Positions 1-8,905 of a stretch of DNA of 37,988 nt are shown one piece after another. Positions within the stretch are counted from its first letter, which is position 1. Every line of letters starts with the position of its first letter. The stretch is from a virus. Taxonomy: Duplodnaviria > Caudoviricetes. The stretch is taken from IMG/VR virus record IMGVR_UViG_3300033407_000065, positions 1-37,988 of that record, one strand, 5' to 3'. The notes beneath the pieces are model-generated. The model saw nothing but the letters and a program-made list of their open reading frames with translations. It had not been told where the DNA came from and made no database searches. Position numbers and translations under genes: made by a program.

Positions 1-1
1 G

Positions 2-70
2 GACGCCCCCGATCCCGAGGCCCCCAAAATGACCTGGGTGCACTGGGTGCTCTACAATCTGCCCCCCGAC
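2..70 (+). pseudogene. Host YbhB/YbcL (PEBP/Raf kinase inhibitor-like) gene fragment, interrupted by the phage end
   Basis: Translates to DAPDPEAPKMTWVHWVLYNLPPD, matching the DPDAP...WVHWVLYN(L/I)P family signature. Similarity stops at the TGT at 71. Confidence 0.85.
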
Positions 71-163
71 TGTAAGGCGGCGTGCGCTTTGGCACCGTTT
101 GACATTTGCTTTGGCACTAGACGGCCCCCGGTTTTGGGGGCCGTTTTGCGTTTGGTTTGGCAC
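71..163 (+). repeat. Phage end (Mu attR-equivalent) with three putative transposase-binding sites
   Basis: TTTGGCAC at 88-95, 110-117 and 156-163. The first two are 22 bp apart, like Mu R1/R2. Confidence 0.8.
121..153 (+). terminator. GC-rich hairpin, putative intrinsic terminator
   Basis: ACGGCCCCC-ggtttt-GGGGGCCGT (121-144) followed by TTTGCGTTT on +. It also lies just downstream of the methylase stop on -. Confidence 0.5.
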
Positions 164-178
164 TGAGCCGGTGGGCGT

Positions 179-1006
179 TTAAAGGGAGAAAAACGACTGG
201 TTGAAGAGTCCCTCCTGGACGCCTCTTCGGGTCGGGATTCCGTCCGGCCAGGTGCCGTAGATGAGCTCCACGCAGTCGCTCTGTTTGTCCCCACCTCCGA
301 CCGTGTATTTGTAGTCCACCTCGACCACTGCCAAATCCCTGAACAGCTCCCGAATCTCCGGGTGACCGTTGATGCTGATGAGCATCTGCCCCATGATGGT
401 TTTGGCCAGGCGGGCCATCTCGACGTATTCCTCCCAGGGGAACGGGACGCCGTAGCCCTCGGTCTGCCAGTAGGGCGGGTCGCAGTAGAAGAGTGTGCCG
501 GGTCTATCGTATTTTTCGATGACCTTGCGCCAGCTCAGATGCTCGATGGTGGTCTGCGCAAGGCGGTAGTGGGCATCCGCCAAGTCCTGCTCCAGAGTGA
601 AAATGTTGAAGCGCGGCCTTGATGTGACTGAGGTACCGAAGCTCTGGCCGTCGACCTTGCCGCCGAAGGCCAGCTTTTGCAGATAGAGAAACCGGGCGGC
701 CCGCTGCACGTCGGTGAGCGTCTCTGGCGGAGTGCTCTTCAGCCACTCCCAGTTCTGGCGGCTGGTGAGGGCCCACTTGAACTGCTTGTAGAGCTCCTCC
801 AGATGATGCCGGACGACCCGATACAGGTTGACCAGATCGCCGTTGATATCGTTGAGCACTTCCACCTCGGAGGGCGGCTTCAGGAAGAAGATGGCGGCCG
901 CGCCGCAGAAGGGCTCGACGTAACATTGGTGCTTCGGAAAGAGCGGGAGGATGTGTTCGGCCAGCTTCCGCTTGCCTCCAATCCAGGGGATGATGGGTTT
1001 GGACAT
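179..1006 (-). CDS. dam: D12-class N6-adenine DNA methyltransferase (Dam-like)
   Basis: PWIGGK start, YVEPFCGAAAIF (motif I), NDIN, and catalytic DPPY. Occupies the Mu mom position. Confidence 0.93.
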   Translation of the reverse strand: MSKPIIPWIGGKRKLAEHILPLFPKHQCYVEPFCGAAAIFFLKPPSEVEVLNDINGDLVNLYRVVRHHLEELYKQFKWALTSRQNWEWLKSTPPETLTDVQRAARFLYLQKLAFGGKVDGQSFGTSVTSRPRFNIFTLEQDLADAHYRLAQTTIEHLSWRKVIEKYDRPGTLFYCDPPYWQTEGYGVPFPWEEYVEMARLAKTIMGQMLISINGHPEIRELFRDLAVVEVDYKYTVGGGDKQSDCVELIYGTWPDGIPTRRGVQEGLFNQSFFSL

Positions 1007-1013
1007 TCGAGCC

Positions 1014-1042
1014 TTGTTCCTTTCTCATTTCAGTGCTAGGCT
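1014..1042 (+). promoter_or_regulatory. Putative sigma70 promoter antisense to the methylase leader
   Basis: TTGTTC (1014-1019), 17-bp spacer, TAGGCT (1037-1042), with extended -10 TG at 1034-1035. Confidence 0.55.
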
Positions 1043-1046
1043 CGCC

Positions 1047-1155
1047 CCGCCGTGACGTCGCGGTGGGGAGCCTTGGCTGGCTCGCAGTCCCGGTTACTGT
1101 GGGTTGGTGGCCAAGTTGGTGTTGCTGCACCAGCCTGGCCGCTCCCTCTTTTTTT
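1047..1155 (+). ncRNA. Putative structured antisense sRNA upstream of the methylase
   Basis: GGGAGC(1066-71)/GCUCCC(1141-46) stem encloses two hairpins. The first hairpin is rich in G-U pairs that form only on +. Has a 5' hairpin, a U7 tail and an upstream promoter. Confidence 0.65.
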
Positions 1156-1162
1156 ACCTGCC

Positions 1163-1396
1163 TCAACAGACCTCGATGCTGCGTTCGCAGTGGCCGGGGT
1201 CTATCTTTTCCAGGGCTCTGTAAATCAGGGCCTCCAAGGGTTTGCGCCAGGGGATTGTGCCCCCGTGCCGCCGGGCTTCCATGCCCAAGTGGTGGCTGAT
1301 GGTCTTGTCCGGGTCGCGCCCGGCGACGGCGTTTGCGAGTTGGTCAAATCCGATGAGCACACGGACCCAGTAGGGCCATTGGCTGTGGTGTTCCAT
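1163..1396 (-). CDS. Conserved small phage protein (DQLxN...PD(E/K)TIS...HC family)
   Basis: 77 aa with strong RBS. The motif FDQLANAVAGRDPDKTIS...DPGHCERS is typical of small genes at the end of tail modules. Confidence 0.7.
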   Translation of the reverse strand: MEHHSQWPYWVRVLIGFDQLANAVAGRDPDKTISHHLGMEARRHGGTIPWRKPLEALIYRALEKIDPGHCERSIEVC

Positions 1397-1405
1397 CCTG
1401 CCCTC

Positions 1406-1981
1406 CTATCCCAGCGCAGCCATCATCTGCGGGACCGAGTAGGGCTTCACCCATCCGGTAAAATCCGCAGGGTCTGGCGGGTCGGTCTCGGGCACGTTGG
1501 GCCACAGCCCTGCGGCCACCAGCGCCTGTCGGCGGTAGGATTCCGCATACACACCCTCGGCCCAGGCGGTCGTCTCGGCCGCCATCTGCTGCGCCGTAGG
1601 GTCCGTGGATGCTGCGAGGCGATCCACCAAGCGGATGCCGTAGGCGTCGAGCTGGCGCTCCATGTACCGCGTGGTGGCCTCCTGGAGCTGCTCGACGGCG
1701 GATTGTCGTTGCGCCTCCAGCTCCTCGACGGACGGCTCCGGGATGGGCACCGCGGCCACCCGCAGGATATGGCCCTCGATGATGCCGTCCTCGATGATGC
1801 CGCGCTGCTCACCGGCTGCCGGGGTGTCGTATTGCACCTCGTAGATGTGCCGCTCGATGAGTCCTTCAGGTGTCAAACGTCCGGGTTGGGTGCCCCAGGC
1901 CTGAGTGCGAGAGTCGCAGCGTTTGGTTTCGATATTTGTCATTGCCGGGTAGTCCGGCAGGTGTGCGCATAACTGGGGCAT
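1406..1981 (-). CDS. Hypothetical protein, possible tail fibre assembly/chaperone
   Basis: 191 aa with AGGAG RBS, directly after the receptor-binding genes. Function is inferred from position only. Confidence 0.55.
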   Translation of the reverse strand: MPQLCAHLPDYPAMTNIETKRCDSRTQAWGTQPGRLTPEGLIERHIYEVQYDTPAAGEQRGIIEDGIIEGHILRVAAVPIPEPSVEELEAQRQSAVEQLQEATTRYMERQLDAYGIRLVDRLAASTDPTAQQMAAETTAWAEGVYAESYRRQALVAAGLWPNVPETDPPDPADFTGWVKPYSVPQMMAALG

Positions 1982-1990
1982 CGAACTCTC

Positions 1991-2713
1991 CTAGTCTATA
2001 ATGTATGGCATGGATGGGGGGGCGAAATCGCTCCCCCCATACCGTGAAATTCTGCTTACCCTAATCTCATCAAAAATATACGGGCCAACATATGCCGTCG
2101 GGAAGTCTGGTCTCCACCCGACATGCAGCCCGCCTGATGCCAACACTCCAGCAGATACCAAGGTCCATCCTGATGGGAAGGATAGTTCATGTCGTTTCAC
2201 ACCGTTCTTGTACCAGCGGAGATAGTCCCCCTCTCGCTCGATAGAGATCAGGGCTCGCTCAGATAGGGCGAACGGCATCCCCCTGTCATCGAAATCCCAA
2301 CCCCCGCCCGTGTTCGCACTGGTTTCGGCAGTAAATGCCATCGTCGTCGTATTAGCGGGGCCGACACCAGCAACTAACGCAGTACCCGCCGCCCAATTCA
2401 ACACCGCATCCCATGTGCCATGAGTGTTGGTTTTCTCCATCCACACATCGATCGTCCAGTGCACCTCTGCCGCGAGTAGGTCTGTCACAATATTATCGAT
2501 CGTGAACCCCTGGCCCACTGCATCTGCCGTGCGGTAAGCGCTCCCGAATGCGGGGACCGAACTAGGCAGCAGGGTATCCACAGCCCCCCTCATTGTGATC
2601 GTATAGTTGCCGGTATCGTCCAATGGAGGGTATGTCTCGAAGTGGATGAGGCAACTGGTCACTCCCACAGAGCCCCCGCCCTTCCTCCGCCTCAACCCAC
2701 AAACCCTACTCAT
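1991..2713 (-). CDS. LamG/concanavalin A-like domain tail protein (candidate receptor-binding protein)
   Basis: LIHFE...WTIDVWM...YKNG...FDEIRVSRISRY...F.PP pattern of phage LamG domains. ATGA overlap with the upstream gene. Confidence 0.75.
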   Translation of the reverse strand: MSRVCGLRRRKGGGSVGVTSCLIHFETYPPLDDTGNYTITMRGAVDTLLPSSVPAFGSAYRTADAVGQGFTIDNIVTDLLAAEVHWTIDVWMEKTNTHGTWDAVLNWAAGTALVAGVGPANTTTMAFTAETSANTGGGWDFDDRGMPFALSERALISIEREGDYLRWYKNGVKRHELSFPSGWTLVSAGVLASGGLHVGWRPDFPTAYVGPYIFDEIRVSRISRYGGSDFAPPSMPYIID

Positions 2714-4398
2714 GGCGTCACCTTCACAAGGTATGGCTGGTCCACAATCGACCAGTAAGCGCTCCCTGCAATCCTCGCCCAGCTCACCACCTCCGTTTCA
2801 CCTGCTGCCGTAGCTGCCCACTCAGACGGCGCCTCGATGTTCGCGGCGGCGAGTCCGATGGCATGTGGCCCCCCTACGTGAGTGATGGACACCACCACCT
2901 GAATCTCTTCATCAGCGGCGAGATTGTCGAAGATGTCGTCGATGGTGACAGCACCGTTGGCGTTGATATGGATGCGGGCGGGCTTGGATGCGTCCGCCCC
3001 GGTCACGTCGAGCGTAATGGTCCCTGATGGATTGTCGATAGTTCGGAACGCCCAGCGCCCGGCCCGGAAGCGGGCATTGAGCGCCGCCGCCGCGATATCT
3101 GCCGGATCCACCCACCCCGAGAGCACCCCCGCCTCGTTGGCCAGGGGGATTGCTCCGGGGGCGGGGGTGCTGGAGAACGGCACGGCGGGCAGGGCGGTGG
3201 TTGTGAGGGTGACGGTGGTCAGCTCCTGGGCCCCGGCGCCCTTCACCAGCTGGGCGACATAGGGCACGTACTGCCCGACCTGGTTGGTCGTTACGGCCAG
3301 CCGCTTGGCGTCGAGCCGCATGGCGGTGAGGCCGTTTGCGGCATCGAGGTTGATGCTGTCAGCGAGGGCCTGCACCACTCCGGCACCGTCCCAAGGGTTC
3401 GAGGTGTCGGCGTGAGTGGCGCCGGTGTAGTCGATGACGCCATAGACTTCGGAGGCGTCGATGGAGTTGATGACGATCTTGTCGATGGGCAGCTCTCCCG
3501 TCGTGGCCTGCAGACGCAGGTACGCGAAGCTGGATGCCTCGATACATTCAGTCGGTAGGTTCCGCACATTCCACGAGGCCCCATCGTTCAGTGACCACAT
3601 CACAGCGCCCGTGCCAGTATCGCCGTCGCGGACCAGCCTCAGAATCAGGTGCTGAGCATCGATGTTCCACCGCCAGAACGACGTGGTGGTTTCGACGGCG
3701 GCCGAGATTGGATAGTGAATATAGAAGCTATCCCCGGGGCTGTACGACTGCATGCGGATTTGTGTCTCAAACGACGCGTTTCCATGGGTCAATGCCACGG
3801 CGGCGGCCCGAGCTCCGGCGGTCAGATAGCTGGCCGGAATGAAGATCGAGACATCGATGCTCTTGCACTTCCAACGGCTGTTCAGCACCGCCCCGGCTTG
3901 CAGGGTCAGTGCTCCGCCTTCGATGGTGGCCACGCCCGCCTGGGGTGCCCAGAGCGCCGGGTCAGGAGCGCTGCCATCGCCCTGGGTGAACTCATCCCCC
4001 AGCTCGTAATCGGCTGGGACCACATGCGAATGCTGCACCCCGTCGGCCCAGAGGCTATAGGTATCCCCCACCTCGACTCGGCCGGTGATGGCCATCTGCA
4101 CCTGCTGGTTCTGGAGCACGCCGAGGATGGTCTCTCCCGGTGCGACCTCCACCGTCACGGGGGTGCGGGCGGCGATGCTGTAGGGGGCGCCCCAGCTGCC
4201 TGCCGTTTTAGGGCCGTAAATCCAGGCCCCGGCCAAATCCACATAATGATCCCCGTCCAGCCCCAGACCGGCATCGGGCGGGCCCTCGCCGCTCAGGATG
4301 GGCGGGCCGCTGATGCCGCGAGGGCCGGGGAGGCCCTGCTTTGTTGCGGCAAGCAGCCGTACCACCGACTTTTTGACAATCAGCTGCACCTTGCTCAT
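2710..4398 (-). CDS. Tail fibre protein
   Basis: N-terminal collagen-like GLPGPRGISGP plus GEGPPDAGLGLDGDHYVD motif, beta-rich body, located in the tail module. Confidence 0.7.
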   Translation of the reverse strand: MSKVQLIVKKSVVRLLAATKQGLPGPRGISGPPILSGEGPPDAGLGLDGDHYVDLAGAWIYGPKTAGSWGAPYSIAARTPVTVEVAPGETILGVLQNQQVQMAITGRVEVGDTYSLWADGVQHSHVVPADYELGDEFTQGDGSAPDPALWAPQAGVATIEGGALTLQAGAVLNSRWKCKSIDVSIFIPASYLTAGARAAAVALTHGNASFETQIRMQSYSPGDSFYIHYPISAAVETTTSFWRWNIDAQHLILRLVRDGDTGTGAVMWSLNDGASWNVRNLPTECIEASSFAYLRLQATTGELPIDKIVINSIDASEVYGVIDYTGATHADTSNPWDGAGVVQALADSINLDAANGLTAMRLDAKRLAVTTNQVGQYVPYVAQLVKGAGAQELTTVTLTTTALPAVPFSSTPAPGAIPLANEAGVLSGWVDPADIAAAALNARFRAGRWAFRTIDNPSGTITLDVTGADASKPARIHINANGAVTIDDIFDNLAADEEIQVVVSITHVGGPHAIGLAAANIEAPSEWAATAAGETEVVSWARIAGSAYWSIVDQPYLVKVTP

Positions 4399-4769
4399 GC
4401 CGTCCTCTCAATCTCGATGGTTCCGCTCCAGAAGGGCCATTCGGCCCCGAGACTGTCTTCGACCACGATGGAGTAGAAAATCCGGTTTGCCGAAATGCCG
4501 CTGTTCGCCTCTTTGAGCACTTCCAGGTAGAAGCTGTTTGCCTCAACAGGCACGACCTGGATATCCACGAGAGCAATGGCTTCGGGGGCATCCTTTACGG
4601 GCCTGGTACGGATCGCAGGAGTAATGGTGGCGCCGGTCAGATCCATGGGACTGCCGTCTGGGTTGTTGTGCTCGAACTCAGGGCTTCGCCAGTCCACCCC
4701 GGGCGTCATTTTCAGATTGAAAGTGGCGGGGAGGTCCTGCTCCTCTATGACAATGATCTCTTCGTTCAT
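4395..4769 (-). CDS. Tail fibre adaptor / BppU-like Ig-fold protein
   Basis: P.DLTGAT...IR...YSIVVE...G.I.I pattern, coupled to the fibre gene. Confidence 0.6.
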   Translation of the reverse strand: MNEEIIVIEEQDLPATFNLKMTPGVDWRSPEFEHNNPDGSPMDLTGATITPAIRTRPVKDAPEAIALVDIQVVPVEANSFYLEVLKEANSGISANRIFYSIVVEDSLGAEWPFWSGTIEIERTA

Positions 4770-5122
4770 GCTTCCTCCACAATCAGGCTCAGCTCGGGCC
4801 AGCGGCGTTTCAGGTAGTCGGGGTCATGCTGGTGGGCGTAGGCCTCCACCTCGGCGCTCTTCTGGCGGTAGGGGACGGCCCGCTCGGTGACGTAGTAGTG
4901 CCAGGTCCAGCGCAGCCTGCCCGTCTCGGCCATCTGCGCCAGGTGGATGAGCTCATGGGTCAGAGTCTCCGCAGGCAGCGCATGGCGCAGGGTGTAGATC
5001 GTGCGGCCCAGCACCGTGGTGTGGATCTCGTCGGAGCCTGCGAGTCTGCGGGCGATGGTCACCAGCAGGCGGGCAAGGCGGGTGTTTTTGCGGATCGAGA
5101 TGCGGATCGCTTTCATCTTCAC
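4766..5122 (-). CDS. Small HExxH zinc metallopeptidase-like protein (DUF4157-like)
   Basis: TLTHELIHLAQ plus downstream EVEAY. Translationally coupled on both sides. Confidence 0.65.
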   Translation of the reverse strand: MKMKAIRISIRKNTRLARLLVTIARRLAGSDEIHTTVLGRTIYTLRHALPAETLTHELIHLAQMAETGRLRWTWHYYVTERAVPYRQKSAEVEAYAHQHDPDYLKRRWPELSLIVEEA

Positions 5123-5550
5123 TCCCAGACTACTATTTCGTATTTGACCAGTCGCGCTGAACTCGAGCGGTTTTCAATCACCAGGTGGTCCTTGTCCATT
5201 GCGGGACTGTCCATGTAGGGGCGCCGCTTGATGTACGCGCTAATTCCTTGCACCACCGAGTCATCAGTTACGTTGTGCCTGGTCGTCCCTTGGACCACTT
5301 CGGCCTCGTCAGAATAGACCGACAAGGAATAATGTCGATGGGCAGTCGAGTGCAGTAGCCCGAGTTGAGAATACGAGTCTGCTGGAATATTAATGGTCCC
5401 AGAAATTACGACCGTTCCCACCTTGACCGCTTGGCCCAACATCTCCTTCAGCTTGCTCACCGCCGCCAGAAGCTCCTCCCGAGCCTGGGAGGGATCGTCC
5501 CCGGCACCATCCAAGTGTGTTGTTGTTAAATCATCAATCGGCCATGTCAT
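5119..5550 (-). CDS. Minor tail protein
   Basis: 143 aa, ATGA-coupled to the central tail protein. N-terminus TWP...TTTHLDGAGDDPSQAR resembles tail-attached domains. Confidence 0.6.
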   Translation of the reverse strand: MTWPIDDLTTTHLDGAGDDPSQAREELLAAVSKLKEMLGQAVKVGTVVISGTINIPADSYSQLGLLHSTAHRHYSLSVYSDEAEVVQGTTRHNVTDDSVVQGISAYIKRRPYMDSPAMDKDHLVIENRSSSARLVKYEIVVWE

Positions 5551-8498
5551 GCCTTCACTCCTTTCACTGCGGCGTCGATCACCGCGTCGGCCAGTTGGCC
5601 GCTTGCGTTGTAGATTCTCACCCTGGGTCCAACGACCGTGTCTTTATCCACCAGCTCCCAGCTCCAGCCGCTGCCCACGTTCTGCAACGCGAAAGAAGAA
5701 AGCTGGCTGATGACTGCGAAGGTTGTCTGGATCGGCAGGCGGATGTCCCCCACGCCGATGCGGTAGGCGCCGGTGAGAGTTGCGGTAATCAGGTCGTTGA
5801 GCTCCTCGATCTCCGTTTCGGCGGAGATGAGAATGACCAGATCCTTGAGTACCGGGATGCTGCCCGCCATGGTCACCCGCACCTTGAGATAGCGGGCGGT
5901 GAGCAGCCCCGGAGCCGTCCATCCGTTCCAGGCGACACCGTCGCTGCTGTAGTCGATCTCGATGGTGGGGCTGCCGTCGCCCAGGGCGGTGATGAGCGGG
6001 GTCACGGTGACCACGGCGCCCAGGTCGATGGCGGGCTCCTCGTAGCCGATGCTGCCCACCGGCGCTCTCGCCCAGCTGAGCCAGGTGGCCCAGGTAACGC
6101 CGTCGGTAGCGATATCCGCCCAGGTCTTGGTGTCGCGGGCGAGCAGGTAGTTGTTGTTGTCGACCCAGCAGTCGGTCTTGGTCCCGGCCCAGCCGCCCTT
6201 GCGGGGGTAGACGGCCTGGAGCACCCGGGCCATGCGGGGGTCGGCCAGGGTCGCCTCGATGTAGACGGGGGCGCTCTCGTTGCCGGTGGTATCCACGGCC
6301 ACCAGCCCGAAGGTATAGGCCCCGGCAGCGAGCTGGTTGCTTTCCCAGGGGCTGCTGGTGATGAGGCCTGCGTGCAACGGCAGCATCTGGCCCCAGGTTG
6401 CGCCGCTGCCCAGCTTGTAGCGCAGGCGAAACCCGGAGTGATCCGGCGGCGGGGCGTCGTAGCTCCAGCTGAACTCCCGGGTGCCGTCGGGCTGCCGTGT
6501 CACCAGGAACTGCGTAGGCGCCGGGGGCGGCTCGCTTTTGCCCACCACCGTGTGGCTGCTGACCGTGACCCAATCGGAGCGCACCCCCAGGCTGTTGAAG
6601 GCCCTCACCCGCACGTCATAGGCCGTCTTGTCCTGCACGGGGGCAATCATCGTGTGCTCGCCGCTGGCACTCTGACGGGTCCACTGGCTTTCAACCGAGC
6701 GTTTAAACTCCACTTCATAGCCCGTTACAAAGGCATCATCAGGTGCGTTCCAGGTGGCCTGAATGCGGCTCACGATGGTGCCGTCCCCCGTGACCAGCAG
6801 CTGGGCGGTGCCGCTGGCGAGCGCCAGGCCGGTCGGGGGCGCACAGGTGAAGGGGTCGGGCAGGTTGGTGTTGGGTGCCAGGTCAATCACCGTGGCTTCA
6901 CCGCCGTTCCAGGCGTAGGCCCCGGCGGCCTCTTCCTGCAGCACCAGGTTGACGCCGCCGTCGTCGGAGAGCTCCCAATCGAGCACCCGGAACTCCTTGA
7001 GGGTCCAGCCTAGCCGAGCGATGGAGAGCCGCACCGTGGCCATGGGGGTCAGCTCCAGGGCGACCAGCTTCAGCGGCGCCTCGACTATCATCCCCTGGCG
7101 GCCGCGCTCCAGAATGATCTTGGCCACGCGCTGCGCCCGGATCGGGTCATTGGTGAAGGGCAGCTCGATGTCCTGAAGGATCTGCTCGCCGCCGTCCTGC
7201 GCCTCGTAGGTGGGGTTGGTCACCGGGGGGAAGTCCACCGTCTGCCAGTCCTGGGCGGGGTCGATGTAGACGCCCCGCACCCCGTTGAAGAGATCCTTTC
7301 GGCTGGCCCGGGGCAGCACCCGGATGGAGCCACGCAGGTCGTCTTCGTCGAGATCCATCACACTTGGGTTGAAGGCCCCGGCGTAGAGCCGCCAGGCACC
7401 GGCGGCGAAGCAGGCGCTTCCGGCCCCGGCGGGCAGCAGCGTCTCCAGGTTGTCGGCAGGCGCCTGCCCGAGGCTCAGCACCCCATTAGCGGTGTAGCGG
7501 GTCTGGGTGCCGCTGGGGGTGGCCACCTGCTCGTCGCAGATGTTGGCGGCGGCAATCAGCAGGGCGTCATCGACCTCGGCGGCGGCCATGGCGAAGCCGA
7601 AGGGAGCCGTCAGGTAGTCGCGCACGCACAAAGCCCAGTTGTCACTCCAAGCGGTGATGGCGGTGCGGGGGTCGTAGACCTTGCGCCCCTTAACCCGGGC
7701 CTTGATGTTGGGCAGGCCCAGAGGCCAGACGTCCCGGTTGTATTCGAGCCGCACATAGAGGTAGGCGATGCCCTGCAGCCGGTGGTTTGCGGTCCAGCTC
7801 TCCACCTCGGCCACCAGGTCGGCGTCTGCCGCCTGGGTATCGCTGCCCAGATGCCGCTTGATCCGGATGGGACTGTAGGCGGTCTGCTCCACAGACCAGG
7901 GGACGTAGCCGCCCACCCCGGCGACGGTGAACTTGACGCCCACCGGCCCGGTAATGGTGAGCACGTCGATGTCCACTTCGCCGCCCGGTATCGTGCTGGC
8001 CACTGCGCTGTATTCGCCGTCGGCGTTGATGGAGGCCGCCCACGGCGGAGCAAACGTTTTTACGGTGGTGCCGGTGAGCGTGATACTGAGGGAAGGGTTG
8101 CCGCCTTCAATCTTCACGATGTGCGGCCTGCCGTACTGGTCGTAGTGCGACTCGGGCTTGTCGTTGAACCAGACCTCGCCGATCTCCTCCACTTCATGAC
8201 CCGCCAGGGGGATCACCAGGTGCACGTATTCCTTCTTGCTGCCCGTCACTTCGGCCAGTACTAGGGGGCCGGAGACCATGGCTTCGCCGTAGATGATCTT
8301 GTGGTCCTCTACCGACGAACGCACCACATGCTGGAGGTCTTGCGCATGGATGGAGGGGCGTTTGGCCAGAGCGCGGGAGGCTACAGCAGCAACCCCACTG
8401 AATGCGGCCATGATGGCCACCTTCGCGAGAATCCCTGACGCACCGGCTGCGAGGGCGCTGCCGGCAATCGTGATGAGAGCTGGGACAACGGCAGGCAT
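5547..8498 (-). CDS. Central tail tip / host-specificity protein (lambda J-like, FN3 domains)
   Basis: True start is likely MPAVVPAL at 8498 (TGATG overlap). IIYGEAMVSG, GLPNIKARVKGRKVYDPR, WSDNWALCVRDYL and FN3 repeats (YDVRVRAFN). Confidence 0.88.
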   Translation of the reverse strand: MPAVVPALITIAGSALAAGASGILAKVAIMAAFSGVAAVASRALAKRPSIHAQDLQHVVRSSVEDHKIIYGEAMVSGPLVLAEVTGSKKEYVHLVIPLAGHEVEEIGEVWFNDKPESHYDQYGRPHIVKIEGGNPSLSITLTGTTVKTFAPPWAASINADGEYSAVASTIPGGEVDIDVLTITGPVGVKFTVAGVGGYVPWSVEQTAYSPIRIKRHLGSDTQAADADLVAEVESWTANHRLQGIAYLYVRLEYNRDVWPLGLPNIKARVKGRKVYDPRTAITAWSDNWALCVRDYLTAPFGFAMAAAEVDDALLIAAANICDEQVATPSGTQTRYTANGVLSLGQAPADNLETLLPAGAGSACFAAGAWRLYAGAFNPSVMDLDEDDLRGSIRVLPRASRKDLFNGVRGVYIDPAQDWQTVDFPPVTNPTYEAQDGGEQILQDIELPFTNDPIRAQRVAKIILERGRQGMIVEAPLKLVALELTPMATVRLSIARLGWTLKEFRVLDWELSDDGGVNLVLQEEAAGAYAWNGGEATVIDLAPNTNLPDPFTCAPPTGLALASGTAQLLVTGDGTIVSRIQATWNAPDDAFVTGYEVEFKRSVESQWTRQSASGEHTMIAPVQDKTAYDVRVRAFNSLGVRSDWVTVSSHTVVGKSEPPPAPTQFLVTRQPDGTREFSWSYDAPPPDHSGFRLRYKLGSGATWGQMLPLHAGLITSSPWESNQLAAGAYTFGLVAVDTTGNESAPVYIEATLADPRMARVLQAVYPRKGGWAGTKTDCWVDNNNYLLARDTKTWADIATDGVTWATWLSWARAPVGSIGYEEPAIDLGAVVTVTPLITALGDGSPTIEIDYSSDGVAWNGWTAPGLLTARYLKVRVTMAGSIPVLKDLVILISAETEIEELNDLITATLTGAYRIGVGDIRLPIQTTFAVISQLSSFALQNVGSGWSWELVDKDTVVGPRVRIYNASGQLADAVIDAAVKGVKA

Positions 8499-8905
8499 CA
8501 GTCCACCCTCCAGCTGCAGAGGCAATCGGCCAGCGGTACCCGGGTAAGCCCGGCAGGGGCGGCGAAGACCCCATGGGGGCCGACGCAGACGCCGACGGCT
8601 TCGCCCTGGGCGGTGGCGGCCAGCAACAGATCCCCCCGGCGGGCCATCTGGGGGCGATGCCGCGCTCCGAAGAGGGCGTCGACGGTGGCGGGGACGCTGC
8701 CCCGGCCGTAACGGGTGAGAGCCCGCTTGGCTCCGGTGGCGGTGCGGTAGCGGCCACGGAAGGCGACGGCAGGGTCCTCGCCGGTCATAGCGAGCACGAT
8801 ATCGGCGGCGAAGAGACAGCAGTCGTGCTCTCCCCACTGAAAGGGCTTCGTCTCGGCCTCTTTGACGGCGGCAGCCAGCTGCTCGGGCCAATCTTCACGT
8901 CTCAT
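8498..8905 (-). CDS. NlpC/P60-like tail tip protein (lambda K-like, DUF6950)
   Basis: Start MRREDWPEQL at 8905. Contains PFQWGEHDCCLFAAD and RRGD motifs. Confidence 0.8.
   Translation of the reverse strand: MRREDWPEQLAAAVKEAETKPFQWGEHDCCLFAADIVLAMTGEDPAVAFRGRYRTATGAKRALTRYGRGSVPATVDALFGARHRPQMARRGDLLLAATAQGEAVGVCVGPHGVFAAPAGLTRVPLADCLCSWRVD

Noticed and set aside
1163-5550. Diversity-generating retroelement or invertible tail-fibre cassette
   Set aside because: No reverse transcriptase, no invertase, and no TR/VR-like or inverted repeat pairs were seen.
8499-8891. N-terminal extension of the 1114-aa tail ORF (also the extensions of 28314-29102, 29548-30294, 30304-30825 and 30997-31893)
   Set aside because: They overlap real upstream genes. 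Internal ATGs with RBS or stop-start coupling give better starts.
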